Positions 54,553-63,129 of a stretch of DNA of 64,000 bases are shown piece after piece; the stretch's first letter is position 1, and every line of letters starts with the position of its first letter. The position numbers and the translations under genes were made by a program. Origin of the DNA: a virus (lineage: Duplodnaviria; Caudoviricetes); IMG/VR virus record IMGVR_UViG_2700988850_000001, positions 1 to 64,000 of that record; one strand, 5' to 3'. A model generated the notes under the pieces. The model was given only the letters and a program-made list of their open reading frames with translations, had not been told where the DNA came from and did no database searches.

Positions 54553-56160
54553 CTAGTGGTTGCTCTTGTTAACTTCGGACAGGATCATCTCGCGTGCCTC
54601 AGGCTCGAGATAATCCGCAGCCGCCAGCCGGAAGGCTTCGGGCATGGAGAACAGTCGCAGTGCTCGTGCCACCTTGATGTTCTGTCGGATACCCCACGTC
54701 ACCGGAAGGGCACCGTCCTCGCCGAGCTTGCGCAGCTCGGCAGAGATCTTCATGAGCGTGGACAGCTCGGAGGAAGGTAGGTCGAACCCGTCCAGCTTGC
54801 ACCGCTTGAGAATGATTTCCTTCTCAAGCTTCTCCGTCGGGTAGTCCACGAAGATGTGCATGAGTCGGGAGCCGTCAGCATCGGAGATAACTTCCGCGCC
54901 AATGTTGCGGGCATCCCACGCCGGGTTCATTGCCATGCCCAGGTAGCTGAACTTGTGCCGGTCTACGACCTGACCCTCGTTAGCATCAAGGACTAGCTGC
55001 TTGGCGTTGTCTGTCATGGGTCGGATGAACTGCCAGACTTCCGGGCCACCGACGTTCGGCTCGTCCAGCACCTGAACACAAGGCTTGGCCCACGCTCGAG
55101 GGATGCGGCCCTCCACGAAGTAGGTACCCTTGCCTTCTTCGTAATGCGTCTTGCCTTGCAGGTCGTCCAGCTCAGTTGACTTGGTGATACTCACCCGCTC
55201 GAACGGGAGACCCATGAGCCAGGCGAGCCAGCGGAACGCCTCAGTCTTACCCGTGCCAGCCACGCCGTGCAGTGCGGGAGTCTCACCCAGGTCCCAGATC
55301 GCACTGATCTTGTAGAGCAGATTGTCGTGGTCCTTGTACAGCTCAGGATGGTTCTCGTCCCCGGTCTGAGGAATCTTTGCCAGCTCGTCCGGGTCGTTGA
55401 TGAAGAAGTCCCGGTCGAAGATGGGGAGCATTACACTCTTGGTGTGGCTGTCGTTCCAGATTTCACGCCACGCCTTGATGCCACAATCCTTGTCCTCCTG
55501 TGTCACAGGCTTGTCTGTGCTGTAGTCTTGCGGGTCCTGGACGGGTGCCTCAGGCTGCGGAACATTCGCCCCGAACTTGTCGAGCTTAGGGAATGCAGGC
55601 TGCAATTCAGGGAACAGGATCGCGTCACCGAGAAGGTTGTCGATGTGCTCGTCAATGTTCGGGGCGTGGATCATCTCGCCTTCGGTGCACGCCTCGGCAA
55701 CCTTGCCAGTCTTGGCTTGGGAAACTAGGATGCCACGCTTGGCGCAGTACCCATAGTTCATGCCGAACTCTTTCTGCACCACCTTGGAGTCAACGTGGAA
55801 GTGGCAGCTCCGGCACGAGTGGGGCGCACCCCACTGCTCGCGACTTGACTGCTGCCCCTCGGGGGTCGGCATGGTCGGCATGGGAAGTGCGACGGCGAGC
55901 GACGGCGAATCCTTTGCCGAGCGAGGGCGCGGCTTGCCGTGCGAGTCACAGGTGCGAGCGACCTGCTCCTTGATCTTTGAGTTCACCTTCGGATCACCCT
56001 CGGGTGAACCGAGGAGCTTGCCCTTCAGGGGGCAGGTGTCAGCCTTGAGAATGGTTCCGTAGGCAGACACCTGCCCCTCGAAGCTTAGAGCCGCGAGCAT
56101 GCTCGGACAGGTTGCACACGACTTAGCCGGTGCGGTGGTCTCCTCTTGTACCTCAGTCAT
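54553..56160 (-). CDS. MoxR/CobS-like AAA+ ATPase with Cys-rich N-terminus
   Basis: GVAGTGKT, VLDEPN, AMNP, SRLM...DYP, WGIR; adjacent to the vWA gene. Confidence 0.9.
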   Translation of the reverse strand: MTEVQEETTAPAKSCATCPSMLAALSFEGQVSAYGTILKADTCPLKGKLLGSPEGDPKVNSKIKEQVARTCDSHGKPRPRSAKDSPSLAVALPMPTMPTPEGQQSSREQWGAPHSCRSCHFHVDSKVVQKEFGMNYGYCAKRGILVSQAKTGKVAEACTEGEMIHAPNIDEHIDNLLGDAILFPELQPAFPKLDKFGANVPQPEAPVQDPQDYSTDKPVTQEDKDCGIKAWREIWNDSHTKSVMLPIFDRDFFINDPDELAKIPQTGDENHPELYKDHDNLLYKISAIWDLGETPALHGVAGTGKTEAFRWLAWLMGLPFERVSITKSTELDDLQGKTHYEEGKGTYFVEGRIPRAWAKPCVQVLDEPNVGGPEVWQFIRPMTDNAKQLVLDANEGQVVDRHKFSYLGMAMNPAWDARNIGAEVISDADGSRLMHIFVDYPTEKLEKEIILKRCKLDGFDLPSSELSTLMKISAELRKLGEDGALPVTWGIRQNIKVARALRLFSMPEAFRLAAADYLEPEAREMILSEVNKSNH

Positions 56161-56198
56161 TATTCCTCATTCCCCTGTGGGTCAGGTCGCTGGTTCTA

Positions 56199-56227
56199 AT
56201 AGTAACACATTACTTGGGCGCTGTCAA
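56199..56227 (-). promoter_or_regulatory. SigA-like promoter
   Basis: TTGACA, 17-nt spacer, TACTAT. Confidence 0.75.
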
Positions 56228-56268
56228 CTAGGACTAGACGCCCGATGTTGGGAGACCAAGCCCCGTTC

Positions 56269-56763
56269 TTAGTTGCACGCATCCATCTCGGCAGCAGTCT
56301 TGGCGTTGTCCATGCACTCCGTGAAGGAGTTCCAGTCGTTGCCAATGTTGTCGAGGTCGTTGCCAAGATCGTTGAGCGCGCCGAAGAAGATTGCCATTCC
56401 CCAGATGCCGAGGATCACGGCGAGCACCGAGGTGATCACTCCGAAGATCGCAGTCTTCTTGTTGGTTGCCTTGTTCTTCCGGACGCGAGACCATCCGGCC
56501 AGTCCGAGGATCAGGCCAGTGACGCCGACGGCGAAGGCGATGAACCCGGTGAGCGGGACCATGCCGAAGAGCATGCCGACGATGCCGAGAATCAGGGCAG
56601 CAAGGCCCAGCCCGTTACGCTCCGGGTTCGGGGAGGTCGCCCCCGCAACGTAGCCTCCCTCCTCGGTGTGAAATGTCTGGTGCATCGGAGGCAGCGAAGG
56701 TGCCGTGTACCCATGGGTCCGGTCGTCCGGGAACTGTGCGCCGGGATTGTGTGGCTGAGTCAT
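56269..56763 (-). CDS. Membrane protein (DUF4190-like)
   Basis: NGLGLAALILGIVG...GLILGLAG, three TM segments. Confidence 0.8.
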   Translation of the reverse strand: MTQPHNPGAQFPDDRTHGYTAPSLPPMHQTFHTEEGGYVAGATSPNPERNGLGLAALILGIVGMLFGMVPLTGFIAFAVGVTGLILGLAGWSRVRKNKATNKKTAIFGVITSVLAVILGIWGMAIFFGALNDLGNDLDNIGNDWNSFTECMDNAKTAAEMDACN

Positions 56764-57154
56764 TGTTCTTCTCCTTCTCTTGATGCATGAGCCTCGCCTT
56801 GAGGCTCACTGCAATAGATACCACCTTGTCAAGGGTCTCTCGCAATTCGACACCCTCTGTCTGACCTTGCGCGAGATACACGCACAAGTCCATAGCCTCG
56901 TCGTATGCATCCTTGATTGCGTTGCGCCCGTTGTGCGGCTGCAATGCGGTGCCATACTTCTTGAGGCCAAACTCTTTGCGTGCCTTCATGTCGGCAATGA
57001 AGGCTGCCTGGATATCCGAGTGTCCAGTTTGAGCTGCACCAAAGGTGCGCAGGTACATGCCAGCGATCACGATATCGTGACAGCTTATGTTGTCGTTGTG
57101 TACGGGGTCCGGCTCGGCATCGGGTGCCTGCAAGCCTTCACGGTCGTCACTCAC
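56615..57154 (-). CDS. Hypothetical protein, possible all-alpha NTP-pyrophosphatase fold
   Basis: R...G..KYG..L...DAYDEAMDL.VY; C-terminus overlaps the next gene. Confidence 0.6.
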   Translation of the reverse strand: MSDDREGLQAPDAEPDPVHNDNISCHDIVIAGMYLRTFGAAQTGHSDIQAAFIADMKARKEFGLKKYGTALQPHNGRNAIKDAYDEAMDLCVYLAQGQTEGVELRETLDKVVSIAVSLKARLMHQEKEKNNDSATQSRRTVPGRPDPWVHGTFAASDAPDISHRGGRLRCGGDLPEPGA

Positions 57155-57318
57155 GAGTCGGTCCCCTTATCGTAGCCTTCCTCGTAGCCTTCCTGCCGTC
57201 CCTCGGCAAAGCCTTCCGAGTTCGCCTCGTCGATCCAGTTCTCGATCTTCTTAGCCTTGTCCTCGATCTGCATGTCGGACTTGATCAGCTCGATGATGTT
57301 CGCCTGCGTGACTGCCAT
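57151..57318 (-). CDS. 55-aa protein with GxxxG repeats (not in ORF track)
   Basis: MAVTQANII...EGFAEGRQEGYEEGYDKG; GTGA overlap with the downstream gene. Confidence 0.6.
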   Translation of the reverse strand: MAVTQANIIELIKSDMQIEDKAKKIENWIDEANSEGFAEGRQEGYEEGYDKGTDS

Positions 57319-57319
57319 G

Positions 57320-57655
57320 TTAGTTGCTCTTTCCTACGGGGAGGGTTACCTTGACCATCTCGGGGCCGCGAATCCACAGCTCCGAGATGACTTCATCTTC
57401 GTTGTGCACGGTGATCACGGACATGCTCTCCATGTCCTTCGTGGTCAGGCGACCGTACTCTTCCTGCCACTTCTCTACGGCAAGTCGATTGCCTTCACGT
57501 GCTGCGAACTGGCGCTTGGTCTCGCCGTCCTTCAGGTCGTTGCTCGTCACGTTCTCGAGCTTGATCCGGACGCTCGAAGTTCTTGATTCGGCACCCAGGC
57601 TGAACCGCATGGGTGACGTAAGCGTTACTGTTGCGTGGTCTGGTTCCTTCTTCAT
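57320..57655 (-). CDS. Hypothetical protein
   Basis: ORF in operon, likely start MKKEPD. Confidence 0.6.
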   Translation of the reverse strand: MKKEPDHATVTLTSPMRFSLGAESRTSSVRIKLENVTSNDLKDGETKRQFAAREGNRLAVEKWQEEYGRLTTKDMESMSVITVHNEDEVISELWIRGPEMVKVTLPVGKSN

Positions 57656-58118
57656 TCTTTCCCCTAAGTATGTCCAGGTAACGTCCGAGGTGTATAGCAT
57701 CTTCCAGTTTTATCCTTTGCCCGTGCCCGAAGTTGATCAGCGTCTTCGGTTTGAGCGAGTATCCGGTGACCTGGTGGATGCCCTTGGATATCGTCAGCCA
57801 GCTGAGTTGGCGCTCAGCTTTGACTGATATCATCCTGTCCCGCAGCGCATCTTCTATCGGGAACCTGTCGTCCGATTCCATCTTCACGGATTCGTCGTAC
57901 ATGAACTGTACCTTGAACTCGTTGGCTGAAACCTTCTTGATGTATGACCTGAATCCGTTGCGCCTCGCCCACCTTGCGGCAGATGTGCGGCACTGATTGT
58001 AGTTCGGCAGTCCAGTGTCCTTGACCCAGACCCGGACGACCGTGCCGTTCGTAGCGGCTATCTTGTGCCAGATTCTGGTGGACTTGCGTGCCTGCTTCGG
58101 TGGATCACCCAGGTGCAT
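57495..58118 (-). CDS. Hypothetical protein with possible XRE-type HTH
   Basis: LSWLTISKGI...SLKPKTLINFGHG; C-terminus overlaps the next gene. Confidence 0.55.
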   Translation of the reverse strand: MHLGDPPKQARKSTRIWHKIAATNGTVVRVWVKDTGLPNYNQCRTSAARWARRNGFRSYIKKVSANEFKVQFMYDESVKMESDDRFPIEDALRDRMISVKAERQLSWLTISKGIHQVTGYSLKPKTLINFGHGQRIKLEDAIHLGRYLDILRGKNEEGTRPRNSNAYVTHAVQPGCRIKNFERPDQARERDEQRPEGRRDQAPVRST

Positions 58119-58135
58119 CTCTCACCTGCCGTCGC

Positions 58136-58426
58136 TCATGCTCGGTCTCCCGTGGATCGACCGGGATCGGAAGCCTTCTCAGGCCCGCCGGTCTTGTTGG
58201 TCGTCGCCGTCTCGCCAGTGTTGACGTTGGTCAGTCGTGGCGAATCGAAGGTGTACTCCTTGAGCGCGCCTTCGACCATGGTCTCGATCGTGACCCGCTC
58301 GCACCCGTGCTGGTAGAAGTGGATCGAAGTTGCCACCCCACGAATGCCGGTCTGCTTGTCGAGGTACCGCTCACCGAGAATGATATCGGTGTCGTAGTTG
58401 ACCTTGCTCTTCTTCTTCAGTCCCAT
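58136..58426 (-). CDS. Hypothetical protein (SH3-like)
   Basis: SD GAGGAG; LG..Y.D..TG..G...GC motif. Confidence 0.65.
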   Translation of the reverse strand: MGLKKKSKVNYDTDIILGERYLDKQTGIRGVATSIHFYQHGCERVTIETMVEGALKEYTFDSPRLTNVNTGETATTNKTGGPEKASDPGRSTGDRA

Positions 58427-58427
58427 T

Positions 58428-58718
58428 TCAGTTCTCCTCCACGTACAGCACTGCAATGACTTCGGTGGTCGTGTGTGTGATCAGCCATGCCACCACATCC
58501 CACTCGATCTTCCCGTAACGATCGCCGTACTCCCTGACTGCACGCTTGCGCGCCATGTCCTCAGCCTCGATCCGAAGCTTGTTCAGGTCACCCTGAGGAA
58601 AGGACGGCAGCCTGACCGTGACCGTGACGATCGGGTTGTCCTTCATGAACTTCCGAAGCCAGTTCCGGGAGTTCATGCGGGCATCGACATGCCTGATCTT
58701 GGGTCCGCGTGCAGCCAT
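58428..58718 (-). CDS. Hypothetical protein
   Basis: SD AAGGA; fits operon packing. Confidence 0.6.
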   Translation of the reverse strand: MAARGPKIRHVDARMNSRNWLRKFMKDNPIVTVTVRLPSFPQGDLNKLRIEAEDMARKRAVREYGDRYGKIEWDVVAWLITHTTTEVIAVLYVEEN

Positions 58719-58842
58719 TGAAGTATCCTTCTCATATGTGCCCGCCCCATCTACCGGGGAGGGCGAAGCGTGTGCCCGCGCAGCGTGGACGACGGGAGCA
58801 ATCCGCCGTCGTCCACGCCTCGCCGGGTGGATGGTCTGTGGG

Positions 58843-58998
58843 TCAGGGCTGGTCCAGCCTGTTTACGTCGTGATCGTAGTACGTATTGTCTACGCCAAGT
58901 TGTTCCTGCGCCTTGTCGTGAGCTTCGTCGGGATCGTGGGCCTCGACAACGGCCCGCCTGTAATCACGGAAGTAGAAGATCACCTCGTACTGTGCCAT
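58843..58998 (-). CDS. Small hypothetical protein
   Basis: SD GAGG; MAQYEV...VEAHDPDEAHDKA. Confidence 0.6.
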   Translation of the reverse strand: MAQYEVIFYFRDYRRAVVEAHDPDEAHDKAQEQLGVDNTYYDHDVNRLDQP

Positions 58999-58999
58999 A

Positions 59000-59467
59000 T
59001 CAGAACACCTCTTCCGGGGGAAGCTTGTGGTCGAGGGGCTTCTGCTCCTCGTAGATCTTCTGGTACTGCTCGACCGGCTCGGTCGGGTAGTCTCCCAGGT
59101 CAGGGTTCGGCGCATAGATATCAGCAAGGCGAGACTGGAAGTCTGCCTCGAGTGCCGCCGCCTGTGCAGCTTCCCGTGCCGCCTGCTCGGCTCGGTAGTC
59201 TACATACTTGCCGTGAGCTTTGGTGACCACTGTATCGTGCAGCTCGGACAGCTTGCCGATGGTCAGTAGTACGCCGAGGATCACGACCGGGATTAACAGG
59301 AACGGGAAGAGCAGGCAGGCGAACCCGGTCAGTGTCACCGCGAACACAGCGCCCAGCATGCTGAGCAAGTTCTCACCGTCAGAGTTCGCAGCTACCCCGA
59401 TGCTGTGACCCTTGCCTAAGGTATGCTCCCGTTGGAACTCCTCATTGTCCATGTGATGATATGTCAT
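59000..59467 (-). CDS. Membrane protein
   Basis: Two TM segments; ATGA overlap. Confidence 0.65.
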   Translation of the reverse strand: MTYHHMDNEEFQREHTLGKGHSIGVAANSDGENLLSMLGAVFAVTLTGFACLLFPFLLIPVVILGVLLTIGKLSELHDTVVTKAHGKYVDYRAEQAAREAAQAAALEADFQSRLADIYAPNPDLGDYPTEPVEQYQKIYEEQKPLDHKLPPEEVF

Positions 59468-60180
59468 GGCATGTACACGCCCTTCATATCATTTACCCAA
59501 TTGATGTGGGCAATGTTCCGCTTCTCGCAGTCCGGCCCGATGCCATACCAGATGGACCTTGCATCTGTGAGCTGCTTCCCGCAGTTGCCGCAGCATCCCT
59601 TCTCCGTGGCGAAGTCGAACGCTGCCTGGTACGGATTGGCTACGATCAAGCCGATCAGTTCCGACAACCGTTCTCCGGCAACCATGCGATTGTTCTGGAA
59701 CACTAGCTCGCCCGACTTCTTGTAGATCAGGCGATTCGTTCGCACATCCCCGTGCTGTGTCTTGACAACCAGGTGGTCCTTGTAGGTGCCACGCTTCGGT
59801 CGAGTCACATGGAAGAACACGTACTGCTTCGGCCCGTCGGTCACGTCCGGTGTCACTGCATACCTACCATCCCGGATCAGGTTCACGATCTGGAAGGTGA
59901 CGATTGCTTTCTTCGGGGAGTTCGGGTCCATGTCCGGCTGCTTCTTGAGGTAGGTGATGATGCGGGATGCATGCGCTCGAGACTCGGCAGGTTTCATCTG
60001 CCCCTTGTATCCCTTGCGCTTGATTAGGTCCTCGATGTACTGCAACTGTGCAGCAGTCGGCAGCAAGTCCGACATGGTTACCCGGCGTGATGCCTGGGCG
60101 ACGTTACTTCTACCCGAACAGTTCCGAACACCGCTCGTGTCTTGATGGTATCCCTTGCAGTGATAGCAACGAATCGCCAT
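59464..60180 (-). CDS. DUF6011-like zinc-finger protein
   Basis: CGNCGKQLTD..S...GIGPDC; PTAAQLQYI short motif; SD GGAGG. Confidence 0.75.
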   Translation of the reverse strand: MAIRCYHCKGYHQDTSGVRNCSGRSNVAQASRRVTMSDLLPTAAQLQYIEDLIKRKGYKGQMKPAESRAHASRIITYLKKQPDMDPNSPKKAIVTFQIVNLIRDGRYAVTPDVTDGPKQYVFFHVTRPKRGTYKDHLVVKTQHGDVRTNRLIYKKSGELVFQNNRMVAGERLSELIGLIVANPYQAAFDFATEKGCCGNCGKQLTDARSIWYGIGPDCEKRNIAHINWVNDMKGVYMP

Positions 60181-60217
60181 TGTCTAACCTCCAACTGTGT
60201 TGCTGGGCAATGGTACT

Positions 60218-60247
60218 AGACTATATTAGCCTAGCGTCCCATGTCAA
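60218..60247 (-). promoter_or_regulatory. SigA-like promoter
   Basis: TTGACA, 18-nt spacer, TAGTCT, followed by AGTACCA. Confidence 0.7.
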
Positions 60248-60330
60248 GTGGGTCATTAATGAGTGGGGACTTGGAGCGCAACCCCTGTGTATCCAACGCT
60301 CCAAGTCCCCACGATCAGGGTAGCCTCAGG

Positions 60331-60681
60331 CTACGGGAGGATACCGGCGATCTGGTACTGCGCCTTCTCGACAGCCTCTTCGACACTGGACGCCTTGACC
60401 GTGACCATGAGCGGCTGCTCGCGGTGCGTCTTGGTGTCGTGCGAGAAGTGCGTGTTCTCGATCTCACGGGGGGAGTGGTAGCCCGACGCGTGAGCTTCCC
60501 CGCGCTTCTGATCCTCCGTCTTGGTGATCGCCTGGTAGGTGCGCTGGACGCTGACGCTCACCTCGTAGGAATCTTCCACCACGTCACCGACCTGGGGAAC
60601 GGTGCCCAGTACGACTGCCGGTCGAACGTCCGACTTCTTGTCGGTCGATGCACCGTTGGAAGATGCTGCTGCACGTGCCAT
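60331..60681 (-). CDS. Hypothetical protein
   Basis: SD AGGAG; strongly biased codons. Confidence 0.7.
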   Translation of the reverse strand: MARAAASSNGASTDKKSDVRPAVVLGTVPQVGDVVEDSYEVSVSVQRTYQAITKTEDQKRGEAHASGYHSPREIENTHFSHDTKTHREQPLMVTVKASSVEEAVEKAQYQIAGILP

Positions 60682-60851
60682 GTCTTATTCTCCTGTGGGT
60701 CTGGTACTAGTGTGAGTGTTTAGAGAAGCCGGGTGCATTGCGCATCGAGGCGTTTCTATGCACCCGGCTTCTCGTTGAAGGGCCACCTGATCCGGTCGAT
60801 AGCCTGACGTTTAGTCCCGTCAGGTTTGCACCGAATGCTGCGCTGCCCTTG

Positions 60852-60981
60852 CGCGTTGTGAGGGAATCGAACCCTCAGTGAAGCCTACGTGTTCTTCACT
60901 GTAGCAGACAACCCTGGCGCCCAATGATCTTGCGATCGAAGGGAGTTACTATCCCAGTCCTTGTCACCAGCTACACAACGC
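60852..60981 (-). ncRNA. 130-nt tRNA-like structured RNA (not a canonical tRNA)
   Basis: Acceptor stem GCGTTGT/ACAACGC, T arm GAGGG-TTCGATT-CCCTC, discriminator G; D and anticodon arms replaced by other helices. Confidence 0.7.
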
Positions 60982-61122
60982 TGCCCCGTGGTCTGACTCA
61001 CACAGAAGATGTTCGACCTGCCTCAACACAGGTGTTGCATCTAACGTGTTCGACAAGAGTCTGACCTTGGAGCCGGGTGAGGTGAGCAGCCGCCAGAACT
61101 ATTCACCTCACCCGGAGTCTTG

Positions 61123-62052
61123 CTAGGCCTTGTACGCGCCCTTGATACCCTGCGCGTTCTCGCCCGGCTGGATGCCCTCAACGGTGCAGTTGGTCGGGTT
61201 GCCCTTGCTGTCCTTGGGGAACAGGCGAGCCGAGATTGCACCAGCCGACGGGCTGTCCTCGCCGTACTCCTCCGACTTGGTGTTCTTGATCTCGCTCACC
61301 GTGAGGAAGGTGCCCGACTCGAGACCGTTGAACGCGTTCAGGATGTGCGCCGCCACGTCACGCCGGGTGCCCTGGAAGGGCTGCCCTGCCGGACGACCCG
61401 GCTTGCGCGGACCCTTGCCTGTCGCGATCTTGACCGCGTGCTTGACCACGATCGAGACCTCAGGCTCGTCGCCGCGAGTCTCCGGGTCAGCCTGCGACCA
61501 GTCCAGGTACGCCTTGGCAGCGTCGATGGTGTCGTCGTCGCTGATCTCGGAAGCCCAGTCGCCCAGTCCCTCGGGAACCAGGGGACCTTCCGCCAGGTCC
61601 ACCGCGAGACGGAGAGCCTGGACGCGATCGGCGAAGACCTTCTCCTGGCTGACGGTCGGCTTGGCAGCGCCGCCACCCGAAGATGCACGCGGCGTGGTCT
61701 CGAGAACCGCACCGTTAATCAGGTTCCAGGCAACAGCCTGGGTGATCGGAGTGTCCGTCTCGGGAGAGAGCGCGTCCTTCATCTGGTCAGCGATGAAGTT
61801 CTTCGCCTTGTTCTTGAACTTGGCGCCGCCCTCGATATCACGGTACGCCTCCTTGACCGGCTGAAGCTGCGCCGGAGCGAGCGAACCCGTCTCGTGGTCA
61901 GCGTCGGCAGCGACAGTCTTGGCGACGTTCTGGAACTCTTCGACGAGAGCTTCCAGGCGCTCCTGCTCGGCAGCCTGCTCGGCCTGCTCCTGCTCGGTCA
62001 GCTCGACTTCGGCAGCTTCGGGAGCGTCGATGGTTGCAGTGTTCTCAGACAT
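61123..62052 (-). CDS. Hypothetical protein (309 aa), probably highly expressed
   Basis: SD AAGGAG, own promoter, strong codon bias. Confidence 0.8.
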   Translation of the reverse strand: MSENTATIDAPEAAEVELTEQEQAEQAAEQERLEALVEEFQNVAKTVAADADHETGSLAPAQLQPVKEAYRDIEGGAKFKNKAKNFIADQMKDALSPETDTPITQAVAWNLINGAVLETTPRASSGGGAAKPTVSQEKVFADRVQALRLAVDLAEGPLVPEGLGDWASEISDDDTIDAAKAYLDWSQADPETRGDEPEVSIVVKHAVKIATGKGPRKPGRPAGQPFQGTRRDVAAHILNAFNGLESGTFLTVSEIKNTKSEEYGEDSPSAGAISARLFPKDSKGNPTNCTVEGIQPGENAQGIKGAYKA

Positions 62053-62111
62053 TTCGTTCTCCTTGTGGGTCATTGTGCTGGGGCCGCATCCCCGGTTTGT
62101 TTGATGCCTCC

Positions 62112-62139
62112 ACTGTATCAGAACTGTGTGAGGTGTCAA
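62112..62139 (-). promoter_or_regulatory. SigA-like promoter
   Basis: TTGACA, 16-nt spacer, TACAGT. Confidence 0.6.
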
Positions 62140-62172
62140 CACGATTCGTGGGAAAATGTGATCGGGTTTCCC

Positions 62173-62211
62173 CGACCGCTCACCCCGCCTGGTTGACGGG
62201 ATGAGCGATCG
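62173..62211 (-). terminator. Hairpin after small-gene operon
   Basis: CGATCGCTCATCCCG / CGGGGTGAGCGGTCG, fully paired with G-U on the minus strand. Confidence 0.55.
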
Positions 62212-62222
62212 TAGAACACCGC

Positions 62223-62405
62223 TCAGACTGGTCGGGTTATGAACCGGGCAAACAACCCGGCGACCAGGCAGAACAAGCCTGCCGCGATACTCTGCGAAGA
62301 GTTCACGATGCCTAAGTCTGGCACCATTAACACTCCACCTACGCCCAGCAAGAATGCCAGGCTGAACGCTACTACCATGAACACTCGGGCAAGGCGTACT
62401 ACCAT
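62223..62405 (-). CDS. Small two-TM membrane protein
   Basis: Two hydrophobic helices; start uncertain. Confidence 0.55.
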   Translation of the reverse strand: MVVRLARVFMVVAFSLAFLLGVGGVLMVPDLGIVNSSQSIAAGLFCLVAGLFARFITRPV

Positions 62406-62644
62406 CGGCTGCGCTTCCGGTATGCCGGATTGTGCATGCGCTCTACCATTTCGAGATGCTCTCGCCATGCCTTGCTGTCCTGCTCATTCCAGAATGTATT
62501 CCAGGCGCACACTGCCGAGACTATTCCGGCGAAGATTGGCAGGAAGCCTATGGCAAATCCCATGATGACAAGCCACGCGCCTACGCCGATCCCGACCGCT
62601 GCGCCTACTGCGCACAGTGTCGTGATGACTTTGTATATCATCAC
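62399..62644 (-). CDS. Small membrane protein
   Basis: Two hydrophobic helices; GTGA overlap. Confidence 0.6.
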   Translation of the reverse strand: MMIYKVITTLCAVGAAVGIGVGAWLVIMGFAIGFLPIFAGIVSAVCAWNTFWNEQDSKAWREHLEMVERMHNPAYRKRSRW

Positions 62645-62979
62645 TCACCCCGCATCAAGATGTTCAGCTCATGCTTGAACTCGTGGACGTAGGTGTCTCG
62701 GATGCTGGTGATCCGAGTTGCGTACACCTCAGGCATGATGCCCCAGCTCAGCAAGATGGGTTCCATGCCCCAGTCACTCGAGTCGAAGGCGCTGAGGTGC
62801 CCATCGCACAGCCCGTCGAAGCCCTTGTTCTCGGCTTCCCATAGGTCGTGGGCATTCATCCACGCCAGGTTCTTCAGGAACCTGTCGAGGTCACCGTCGA
62901 GCACGGACTTCTCGCCCTTGCTGATGACTGTCTGAGCTGCACGCATGATGTTCATACGTACCGGCTGAACGTGTGACAT
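62641..62979 (-). CDS. Hypothetical protein
   Basis: TAATG coupling with the upstream ORF. Confidence 0.65.
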   Translation of the reverse strand: MSHVQPVRMNIMRAAQTVISKGEKSVLDGDLDRFLKNLAWMNAHDLWEAENKGFDGLCDGHLSAFDSSDWGMEPILLSWGIMPEVYATRITSIRDTYVHEFKHELNILMRGE

Positions 62980-63128
62980 TAGAATGGCCGCCTTCCTAGA
63001 TGAATCCAGCTGACTTCTACCCTGCTGGTGTTGGTTGCACGGGTGCAGGGCTGCCCTGCCTTTGCGTTGCAGATGGGGCAGTCACGCTCAGCGCGCGCCT
63101 TCCGATCTATTTCTTCCCAGCTTGGCAT
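62979..63128 (-). CDS. 49-aa zinc-finger protein (not in ORF track)
   Basis: CPICNAKAGQPC...H..R; SD GGGGAG. Confidence 0.7.
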   Translation of the reverse strand: MPSWEEIDRKARAERDCPICNAKAGQPCTRATNTSRVEVSWIHLGRRPF

Positions 63129-63129
63129 G

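Noticed and set aside
60852-60981. Canonical tRNA or tmRNA call
   Set aside because: No D arm or 7-nt anticodon loop in the expected place, 130 nt long, no encoded CCA, no G3-U70 pair and no tag reading frame; reported as a tRNA-like ncRNA instead.
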